From an uncultured Nitrososphaerota archaeon (GTDB taxonomy: Archaea; Thermoproteota; Nitrososphaeria; Conexivisphaerales; DTJL01), in contig CAWJIE010000003.1 of the NCBI GenBank assembly GCA_963842885.1, positions 420,253-484,252 of the forward strand: 64,000 bases of DNA, read 5' to 3'. Positions 44,302 to 52,800 of this stretch are shown piece by piece. Position numbers and translations under genes: made by a program. Numbering within the stretch: position 1 is the first letter of the stretch; each line of letters starts with the position of its first letter. Under the pieces are notes generated by a model, which saw nothing but the letters and a program-made list of their open reading frames with translations, was not told the DNA's origin and made no database searches.

Positions 44302-45659
44302 ATGCGTGAAGGCGAAGTCTTGGTTTCAGGCGGGACCGTCGTCACCTCTGATTCTGTCTTCAAGGCCGATGTCCTCGTGACCGGAGGGCGCATAGCGAAG
44401 GTTGGCAGGAACCTGATGGCCGATGGAGGAAGGGTCTTGGATGCCACCGGGCTCTTCGTCCTCCCGGGTGCCATCGACGGGCACGTACACATGAGGGACC
44501 CGGGGCTCACCGAGAAGGAGGACTTCTCCAGCGGGACGGCCGCCGCCGCAGCCGGCGGGGTCACCACTGTGTTGGAGATGCCCAATACGCTCCCTCCGGT
44601 GGAATCCGTGCAGAGGCTTCTGGAGAAGAAGGAGGCCCTTTCGCCCAAGGCCGTCGTCGATTTCGGCCTCTATAGCCGTGCTTTATGACGGCAACGCCAG
44701 CGAAGTGGTGGGCATCGCAAGGGCTGGGGCCGTGGGCTTCAAGGCTTTCATGGGCCCCACCACCGGGAACATACCGCCTCCCTCCGATGCCTCCATCTTC
44801 GAGTCCCTTTCTGCTCTCAGGCCGCTGGGGGTGCCCATCGCCTTCCATGCGGAGAACCAGTCCATGATCACCTACTACACCAACAAGGTCAGGGCCACCG
44901 GGAGGATGGACCCCAAGGCCCATTGCGATGCCCGGCCCCCAATCTGCGAGACCGAGGCCGTCAACAGGGTCTCCTTCTTGGCCAGCAGGTCCGGAGGGAA
45001 GGCTCACATCGTCCACATCAGCACGGGGGAGGCGATGCGGCTGGTGGAGGAGCACAGGGCCAGGGGGGCATCCATCACCTGCGAGACCAACCCACAGTAT
45101 CTCTCCATGACAGAGGAGGACATGGCCAGGCTGGGCGGCTTGGGCAAGAATCAACCCTCCGCTGCGAACTGAAGCCGACCGGAACGCGCTGTGGGATGGG
45201 ATTGCTAATGGCATGGTGGAGTGCATAGGCTCCGACCACGCACCCCATCTCGTGTCGGAGAAGCTTGGGACGAACATCTGGGACGTTCCCTCCGGTTTCA
45301 TCGGGGTCGAGACCCTTCTGCCCATCATGCTGGACTTCGTAAGCCAGGGGAAGATCTCCCTGCAGAGGGTGGTAACGCTGCTATCTAGGAACCCGGCTAG
45401 GCTATATGGGATTGCCGAAAGGAAGGGCGAGATCAAGGAGGGCGCCGATGGTGACCTCGCCATCGTGGACCTGACCCAGGAGCGGATAATCAGGGCGGAC
45501 CTCCTTCATAGCAAACAGAAAGTTACCCCCTTCGAAGGGAGGAAAGTCAGGGCCACCATCAAATATACGATAGTCAGAGGGAACGTTGTCTACGACGGTG
45601 AGGTCCTGGCCCCCGCCGGCGAATGGGTCAGGCCGAGCTGGGCCGACGCGACCTCGTAG
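44302..45659 (+). CDS. pyrC: Dihydroorotase (cyclic amidohydrolase), disrupted by two frame changes near 44671-44677 and 45146-45152
   Basis: Three consecutive ORFs (44302..44688, 44678..45172, 45213..45659) together give a complete enzyme: DGHVHMRDPG...; GFKAFMG...; (K)INPPLRTEADRNALWDGIANGMVECIGSDHAPH... Extra bases appear at tat a gcc and aag a atc. Span length is 3n+2. Confidence 0.85.
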
Positions 45660-45714
45660 GATAGCTTCTTCGACGGCCGGATACCTGCCCCTGCAATGTT
45701 AATGACTTCCTTTC

Positions 45715-46670
45715 ATGAGATTCTATGCAATGCACATCGCGGTCTTCGGTACCGGCAGAGTGGAGCGGCCCACGGCCTTCGCCATCATGCTGAAAGACGT
45801 CGCGGACGAGCTGACCGTGTGCGACACCAAAGCTAACCTCGCAAGAGCCGTTAGAAACGACCTTTCACACGCGGCTCCTGGGTATCACCTTGACACGAAG
45901 TTGTATGCGACCGAGAAGGATGAAGACGTCACCGGGGCCGACGTCGTGGTCATCACCGCCGGCTTCCCCAGGCCCCAGGGGTCCACATCAGCCGAAGGGA
46001 CTTGGCGTCGAAGAACGCCTCCATAGTCGCACAGGTAGCTTCCGCGTCCAGGGACAGGAACCCAGGCGCGAAGTACGTCGTCGTCACCAACCCTGTCGAC
46101 TCCATGGCCATGGTTTGCCATAGGTTCACCGAAGCATCCTTCGTAATCAGCACCGGGACCAACCTGGAGTCGCAGAGGCTCAGGAGCACGCTCGCAGAGA
46201 AGCTTGATGCACCAGCATCGGCTATACAGGGTTGGGCTGGCGGCGAACATGGGGAGAAAGCTGCCGTCCTGTGGTCCACCGTCCGAGTGGAAGGTCTTTC
46301 CTTTGAGGATGCGACCGCCAAAGTGGGCACGGCCCTCACGAGAGAAGATGTGGCCAATCATATCCGGGCCGTTTCGGAGACGATAGTTGACGGCTTGGGC
46401 ACGACCGAATACGGTCCTGCGGCCTCCTTCTCGAGGATTGTCAACGCCATAGTGAGAAATACCGATGAGGTGCTGGCAATTGCCACGCCCCGTCGGATTC
46501 CGGGAATCGAGGAAGACGTCTGGGTGAGCGCACCTGTCAGGGTAGGGCAGCGGCTGGATACGTCGCCCTTTGAGGCGCTTCTCCCAGAGGAGAAAGGGCT
46601 GGTCGCTGACGCGGCCTGGGCCATTTACGAGACGTTCAACGTGGCCTCCGCCTCGCTCGCATCCAAGTAA
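45715..46670 (+). CDS. mdh: Malate/L-lactate dehydrogenase family protein, frame-disrupted near 45966-45980
   Basis: ORF 45715..46026 reads IAVFGTGRV...DVVVITAGFPR, then PGVHISRRDLASKNASIVAQV...YVVVTNPVDSM... continues in ORF 46002..46670. Span length is 3n+2, consistent with a missing base. The start may be the Met at 45730. Confidence 0.8.
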
Positions 46671-46707
46671 AAGGCAATTAAGCCACAGATAGGGACCTAG
46701 GGACGAC

Positions 46708-48852
46708 TTGAACGGAGTCGAATCCTTCTTCTCCCCCCGTTCCATCGCCATAGCCGGCGCTTCCGTCGATCCCTTCAAGGTCGCTTCGGTCATCTTTTCC
46801 AACCTCATCAGGAACGCTAAGAGCGGTCTGCTGAAGGCTTCGGTCTACGCCATCAATCCTCGATACCGGAAGATTGGGGACGAGCCATGCTATAGGGACG
46901 TGGATTCCCTCCCTGAAGCCCCGGAGCTTTTCGTCGTGGCCGTGCCTCTGGGCCTGACGGTCGACTTGGTAAGACAAGCCTGTAACAGAGGTTCGAAGGC
47001 CATCATCATAATCACCGGCGGGTTCGGCGAAGCCGGCCACGAAGACCTTGAAGCTGAGATAAGGTCAATCACTTCAGCGAAGGGGGTCAGGGTCCTGGGA
47101 CCGAACACGATCGGCCTCCTTGACACGACCTCGGGGGTCGACACCCTCTTCCTTCCCACGACCAAGAAGCTTCCCTCCGGAAGAGAGGTTGTTTCGCTTA
47201 ATCCGCCGTCCAAGGGCGGGGTGGTCATCGTCACCCAGAGCGGCCACCTAGGTGAAATCATCGCCGAGGAGCTCGGCGCCAATCAAATAGGTGTGCGGGC
47301 GCTAGTGGGGGTGGGCAACCAGCTGGACGTCTCCATCGGGGATGTCGTGGAGCACTTTGCCGACGACCCGCAGACCAAGGTGGTGGCCCTCTACCTTGAA
47401 GGTCTGAAGGACGGTCGCCGCTTCCTCAGAGAGGTCTCCCGCGCCGCCAAGAGCAAACCTGTGGTCGTGTTCAAGCTGGGCAAGTCGCAGGCAGGCGCAA
47501 GAGCCGCCCTTACGCACACCGCCTCCATGGTGGGCGACTACCAGGTCTACCGCGCTGCCTTCAGGAAGGCCGGCCTTCTGGAGGCCGAGACATTGGAGGA
47601 CCTAGTGGATTACTGCACGGCCCTGTCGTTGGCCCCTGCGGCCTCCGGGAACAGGATCCTCATCATCACCAACGCCGGCGGCTCCGGCGCCATAGCCGCC
47701 GACAGGAGCGATAGGATGGGCCTGCGAGTGGAACCCCTGAGCGAAAGGGCGGTCAGCGGGATCAGGTCAGCGTTCGCAGATTCCAGCTTCATCAGGATCG
47801 TGAGCCTGAATAACCCTCTCGATCTCACGGCGACGGCCACCACGGAGGAGTTCGTCGCCATCTCTGAATACCTCGTCACGTCGCCCGACTACGACCTCAT
47901 GGTGGTCGTTCCCACGCACCAGCCTCCCTCCATCGAGTATGGCATCGTGGAAGGCATCGTGAAGGTGGCGAAGAAGACGAAGAAACCAGTAGTCGTGTGC
48001 GTCATGGGCACCTCAGAGCTGGCCCACATGTTGCACTCCGAGTTCCTCTCCAACGGGGTGGCGAGCTTCCCGTCCCCCGAGAGGGCTATCGGAGCGCTCT
48101 GGGCGCTCGTCCAGAGCCAGAAGCTCAGGGCCGGGATTTCGCCGCCGGAGGAGCTCCGGAGCGACGACAGGGTCTCCTGGCTGAAGGAAAGGAATGGGTT
48201 CCTTCTGCAGCTCGACGCCAGCAGGCTGCTCGCTGAATACGGCATCGACTCCGGGCGGTGGATCGTAGCATCGTCAAAGGAGGATCTCGCAAAGGCCGTA
48301 CGCACAATCGGTTTCCCGCTGGTCTGCAAGTTGCTCTCGAAGGACCTCATCCACAAGACCGAGAAGAATGCAGTGAGGCTGAACGTCAAGAGCAGGGCCG
48401 AGCTTGCCTCCACATTCGAGGAGCTTCGTGCCCTGGCCGCCCAGTCCAAGCTTCATTTTGACGGCGTGCTAGTGCAGGAGATGCTGGAGAAGGGCGTGGA
48501 GATGATACTCGGCAGCCTTCGGGATCCCACCTTCGGCCCCACGGTGATCCTGGGAATGGGTGGTGTCTACACCGAGGTGTTGAAGGATTTTGCCATGGGG
48601 GTGGCGCCGGTCGACGAATCGGAGGCCGCCGACATGATAGCCAGCCTCAGGATGCGCACGTTGTTGCGAGGGTTTCGAAACCTTCGCAAGACGGACGAGG
48701 CGGCCCTGGCTGCCGTCGTAGCAAAGTTCTCCAGGATGCTGGTCGAAAACCCCAGCCTGAAGGAGGCGGAGATAAACCCCCTCATCGCCGTCGGCGGGAG
48801 GATGGTCGCGGTGGATTCTCGAATCATCGTCCGCCAGCGTCTTCCCAGGTGA
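46708..48852 (+). CDS. acd: ADP-forming acetyl-CoA (acyl-CoA) synthetase, fused alpha-beta type
   Basis: 714 aa. It has a CoA-binding N-terminus (SIAIAGASVDPFKVASVIFSNL), succinyl-CoA-synthetase-like ligase domains (ALTHTASMVG) and a C-terminal ATP-grasp. The start is TTG. Confidence 0.9.
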   Translation: MNGVESFFSPRSIAIAGASVDPFKVASVIFSNLIRNAKSGLLKASVYAINPRYRKIGDEPCYRDVDSLPEAPELFVVAVPLGLTVDLVRQACNRGSKAIIIITGGFGEAGHEDLEAEIRSITSAKGVRVLGPNTIGLLDTTSGVDTLFLPTTKKLPSGREVVSLNPPSKGGVVIVTQSGHLGEIIAEELGANQIGVRALVGVGNQLDVSIGDVVEHFADDPQTKVVALYLEGLKDGRRFLREVSRAAKSKPVVVFKLGKSQAGARAALTHTASMVGDYQVYRAAFRKAGLLEAETLEDLVDYCTALSLAPAASGNRILIITNAGGSGAIAADRSDRMGLRVEPLSERAVSGIRSAFADSSFIRIVSLNNPLDLTATATTEEFVAISEYLVTSPDYDLMVVVPTHQPPSIEYGIVEGIVKVAKKTKKPVVVCVMGTSELAHMLHSEFLSNGVASFPSPERAIGALWALVQSQKLRAGISPPEELRSDDRVSWLKERNGFLLQLDASRLLAEYGIDSGRWIVASSKEDLAKAVRTIGFPLVCKLLSKDLIHKTEKNAVRLNVKSRAELASTFEELRALAAQSKLHFDGVLVQEMLEKGVEMILGSLRDPTFGPTVILGMGGVYTEVLKDFAMGVAPVDESEAADMIASLRMRTLLRGFRNLRKTDEAALAAVVAKFSRMLVENPSLKEAEINPLIAVGGRMVAVDSRIIVRQRLPR

Positions 48853-49452
48853 TTAGGCCGGTCCGGCTGACGCCGCCGCTTTCAGCCCGGCGTGGAACAC
48901 TTCGACAGCTGCCTCTCCCCTCTTCCCTAGCACATTCCCGATGGCAACCTCGACGGACTCCGTCGGGAGGAGACTGGAAAGGCCGCAGAGGACCCCCAGC
49001 ATATAGACGTTCGCGGACCGAGGCTGACCCAGCCGGCTGGCCTCCTTTCGGGCTTCAATCACGTGCACCCTCCCGCCCCGACTCCCCAAGGCCTTCAACA
49101 TCTCATTGACAGCCGGGAACTTCTCCTTCTTGGTGATGGTGGTTATTGTCTCCTTAATCTCGGGGTCCACGAGGACCAGGGCGCCCTTTTTCAGGTACCC
49201 GAACGATCGCACCGCCTCGGATGTCTCGAGCGCCAGCATCACGTCGGCCGAATCTTGGGGGAACAGCGGGCTCCTGACCTCCTTCCCTATCCTGACGAAA
49301 CTCTGGACGCTACCTCCTCGCTGGGCCATTCCAAGCGTTTCGCCCGTCCTCACGGAGAGGCCGGCATCGACGGCCGCCTCGGCGAGTATCCTCGACAGCG
49401 TGAGGCCTCCCTGCCCTCCCACGCTGGCTATCAGGATGTTGAGCTCGTTCAT
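48853..49452 (-). CDS. iorB: Indolepyruvate:ferredoxin oxidoreductase beta subunit
   Basis: The start is at MNELNILIASVGGQGGLTLSRILAEAA (ATGA overlap with the iorA stop). About 199 aa, typical of the family. The upstream part of ORF 48853..49587 is overlap with iorA. Confidence 0.88.
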   Translation of the reverse strand: MNELNILIASVGGQGGLTLSRILAEAAVDAGLSVRTGETLGMAQRGGSVQSFVRIGKEVRSPLFPQDSADVMLALETSEAVRSFGYLKKGALVLVDPEIKETITTITKKEKFPAVNEMLKALGSRGGRVHVIEARKEASRLGQPRSANVYMLGVLCGLSSLLPTESVEVAIGNVLGKRGEAAVEVFHAGLKAAASAGPA

Positions 49453-51311
49453 TCTTCCTTGACCTCGATGATGGCCTTGTAGGGACACACACCTGCGCAG
49501 AGACTGCATCCTACACAGTCCTCTTCGATGATCCTGACCTTGTCGCCATCCAACGTCAGAGCAGGGCAGCCGAGGAGGTTGGTGCACACGTCGCAGCCCG
49601 TGCAGAGGTCAGGGACGATGGAATAGGTCCGATGCTCTCCTCCCCTCTTCGTCAGGATGGCGCAGGCGCGCTCGACGATTATCACGCTTACGCCGGGGGA
49701 GCCCAGAGCCTCCTTCACCGACTCGGTTAGCTTCCGAGGCTCGTAGGCATCCATCTTGTAGATCTTCTCCACGCCCAGCCCCTTCACGAGCTGCTCCAGC
49801 AGCACTGGCTGCATCTCACGACCGCTGTCGCTCAGCGCGTCGGCAGGGGTGGTCTGATGTCCTGTCATGGCCACCGTGGAGTTGTCCAGTATCATTACGA
49901 CCACGTCCAGCTTCTTGTGGATGGCTTCGATGAGAGGTTGCACCCCAGAGTGTAGGAAGGTGGAGTCGCCTATGACGGAGACCACCGGCCCCTTGAATCC
50001 TGCCGCCTTCAGGCCGGCGGCCATCGAAATGCTAGCCCCCATGCTATGCTCCGTCCAGATCGCCTCGAAGGGAGGGTTAAGGGCGAGGGCATAACATCCG
50101 ATGTCACCGAAGATGGGGACTTCACTCTTCTTGAAGCCGGCCTTCGAGATGCCGCGCAACAGGCTGAAGTAGCTCCCTATGTGTGGGCAGCCTGGGCACA
50201 TGGGTGGGGGCCTGGAGGGCAGCTTCAGTGGCATCTCGATGGCGGAGGAGACCGTCGCCGGCAGGCCTAGACACGCGGCGATGGCCGCCCTGACGTCACC
50301 CGTGTTCAGCTCTCCCACCTGAGGCAATAGTCCCTCGCTCTTGCCGACGATTTCCACGCTCAGTTTGGCGTCATGACAGGCGGCCTTCAGCTTGACCTCA
50401 AGATATGGATCAATCTCTTCAACTACCAAAATCTTGTCGTAGGACCGGGCATATTCGAGGAGCGACGCCTCGTCAAGCGGATAGAGGAGGCCCAACCTGA
50501 ATAGTCCGCATTCGGCGCCCAGCTCGTCCATGGCGTCGAGGGTGTAGTTGACGGGAGCCCCGGCGGCGACGATGCCCAGGCGCCTGTCCCCCCCCTTCCT
50601 CTCAACTCCGTTGAGCTTGAACGGGGCTGCCATCGCGGGGAACGCCGCCAGCTGTCCCAGTAGCCAGGAGTGGCGGGCCCTGTTCCATCCCATCGAAGCC
50701 CTGACGAACCTGGGAGCGTCACGCTCAAACTTGATTTCGGAAGCGCGAGGTGACCTTGGCGAAGGCTCGACTTCGCCCACCGCATGGTTCACCCGAGTGG
50801 TGGTGCGGAGGAGGATGGGGAGCTTTGATAACTCTGAAAGCTCGATCGCCTTCTTCACATATTGGCGTGCCTCGTCCGGGCTGGCCGGCTCGATCATGGG
50901 CAGCTTCGCCAAGTCGGCAAACCATCTGCTGTCCTGCTCCGTCTGGGTGGTGATCGGCCCGGGGTCGTCGGCCACAAGTATGACCATCCCCCCGTTGACG
51001 CCGCAGTAGGCCGCCGAAAGAAGAGGGTCGGCGGCCACGTTGACGCCCGGCCCCTTCATAGTGACCATGGAGCGGGCTCCCCCTATCGCAGCACCTAGGG
51101 CGAGCTCGAGTCCCACCTTCTCGTTGACCGCCCACTCCACATAGCGGACGGAACCCACGCCTTCCTTGATGAAAGAGAAGAGGGCCTCGATTACCTCACT
51201 CGATGGCGTTCCCGGGTACCCTGTGACGAACGCCATGCCGGACTCGAGGGCTCCGAGCGCTATCGCCTCGTTCCCCATGAGGGGGACCTTCTTACCGGGT
51301 TCTAGCGGCAA
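49449..51311 (-). CDS. iorA: Indolepyruvate:ferredoxin oxidoreductase alpha subunit
   Basis: 620 aa. TPP-binding domains (GDSTFLHSG) and two C-terminal 4Fe-4S motifs (CTGCDVC...CP; CVGCSLCAGVCP). Confidence 0.92.
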   Translation of the reverse strand: MPLEPGKKVPLMGNEAIALGALESGMAFVTGYPGTPSSEVIEALFSFIKEGVGSVRYVEWAVNEKVGLELALGAAIGGARSMVTMKGPGVNVAADPLLSAAYCGVNGGMVILVADDPGPITTQTEQDSRWFADLAKLPMIEPASPDEARQYVKKAIELSELSKLPILLRTTTRVNHAVGEVEPSPRSPRASEIKFERDAPRFVRASMGWNRARHSWLLGQLAAFPAMAAPFKLNGVERKGGDRRLGIVAAGAPVNYTLDAMDELGAECGLFRLGLLYPLDEASLLEYARSYDKILVVEEIDPYLEVKLKAACHDAKLSVEIVGKSEGLLPQVGELNTGDVRAAIAACLGLPATVSSAIEMPLKLPSRPPPMCPGCPHIGSYFSLLRGISKAGFKKSEVPIFGDIGCYALALNPPFEAIWTEHSMGASISMAAGLKAAGFKGPVVSVIGDSTFLHSGVQPLIEAIHKKLDVVVMILDNSTVAMTGHQTTPADALSDSGREMQPVLLEQLVKGLGVEKIYKMDAYEPRKLTESVKEALGSPGVSVIIVERACAILTKRGGEHRTYSIVPDLCTGCDVCTNLLGCPALTLDGDKVRIIEEDCVGCSLCAGVCPYKAIIEVKEE

Positions 51312-51415
51312 TCGGGATCACCTGACCACAGAGGCGGACTTGCAATATTAAGCATTTCAGCCCGAAATTCTGGAAGTTCCAGATGAGGTGTCACTGGATG
51401 GCGTTCACGCTCCGG

Positions 51416-51886
51416 CTATCGCTTTGACCTCTTGTCCGCGGCAGCCATAATTCCTTTCACGATGTTGGTGTAACCCGTGCACCGGCAGAGGTTCCCCTTC
51501 AAGGTCTCCCTGATCTCGGACTCCGTCGGAGCCCGATTCTCCCTGAGCAGCGCCTCCGAGACTAACACTATGCCGGGCGTACAGTAGCCGCACTGGACGC
51601 CGCCTTCTTCCAACAGGCTCTCCTGCGTGTCGGTCAGCCCTTCCGCCGCTATCCCTTCGATGGTCGTCACGTTTCTGCCGTCCGCGTCCGCGGCCAGGAT
51701 GAGGCATGAGAGAACCGGCTCCCCGTCTAGGAGCACCGTGCAGGCCCCGCATTCCCCTATGCCGCAGGCATACTTTGTTCCCGTCAGCTCGGCTTCCTCC
51801 CGGATGATGTTCAAGAGGAGTGCGTTGTCCTGGATCTCGAACTTGCGCTCCCTCCCGTTCAGGCTGAGCCTCAGCATCCTGGTCAT
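51416..51886 (-). CDS. Molybdenum hydroxylase 2Fe-2S (small) subunit, set 3
   Basis: 156 aa. YACGIGECGACTVLLDGEPVLSC and QCGYCTPGIVL motifs are present. Confidence 0.9.
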   Translation of the reverse strand: MTRMLRLSLNGRERKFEIQDNALLLNIIREEAELTGTKYACGIGECGACTVLLDGEPVLSCLILAADADGRNVTTIEGIAAEGLTDTQESLLEEGGVQCGYCTPGIVLVSEALLRENRAPTESEIRETLKGNLCRCTGYTNIVKGIMAAADKRSKR

Positions 51887-52744
51887 AGAGTAGCCCCCCT
51901 GGCCCGGTCACGCGCCTGAACCAACGTGCGCCTGACAAGGACCGAGACCAGCCTCCTCCTGTACTCGGCGGTTGACCTTACGTCGGTAATGGGTCGGGCC
52001 TCCTTCGATGCCTCCGCCGCCGCCTTCCGGAGGAGCTCATCCGAAGGGACTCCCCCCACCAGGACCCTTTCGGCAGCAACGGCTCTCATGACCGTCGGCG
52101 CCACGGCGCCCAGTGCCACTCTGGCGCTCGAAACCTTTTCACCATCCATGGTCAGGGCGGTGGCGACGTTCACTTTCGCCAGGTCCATGTCGGTCCGTGA
52201 GATGCGGGCGAAGGCAGTTCCCGTGCGCGCTGGGAGGTACGGAATAGAAACGCCAGTGAGGAGTTCATGCCGGCGCCAGGGCGGTCTTCCCCGGTCCCAA
52301 GAAGAATTCGGATAGAGGGACGGACCTCGTTCCGCGAAAGCCGGCCACGTGAGCCGTCGAGTCCAATGCAAGGAGGGCCACCGAGCCGTCGGCGGCGGGG
52401 GACGCGTTGCATAGGTTTCCTCCGATGGTAGCCATATGGCGTATCTGGATGGAGCCCACCGCGGAAGCGGCTTCTGCCAGAAGCGGGAAGGATCGCCTCA
52501 CAACCTCCGACCTCTCCAGCTGGACAATCCTGACGGCGGCACCGATGTGGAGGCCATCCCTATGCTCTTCGATGCGAGCTAGGGAGGGGATTTTCCTGAT
52601 GCTCACGACGGCGGAAGGCTCGACGCCGCGCTGCTTGGCCTTGACCAGCAGGTCAGTGCCACCGGCCAATACGGCGACTCGCCCACCCTGGCCGCTCAGC
52701 AGCTTCAGAGCCTCCTCGAAGGCTGTCGGGGCAGTAATATTCAA
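51883..52744 (-). CDS. Molybdenum hydroxylase FAD-binding (medium) subunit, set 3, frame-disrupted near 52268-52275
   Basis: ORF 52265..52744 (VLAGGTDLLVKAK...ATIGGNLCNASPAADG...FFLGPGKTALAP) continues as ELLTGVSIPYLPARTGTAFARISRT... in ORF 51883..52371. The coding strand reads gcg ccg g cat gaa. Span length is 3n+1. Confidence 0.85.
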
Positions 52745-52800
52745 ACGACACAGGCACCATGCGCGTGTTGACGTTGTTTATGTCCTTCAAAGGAACACCT

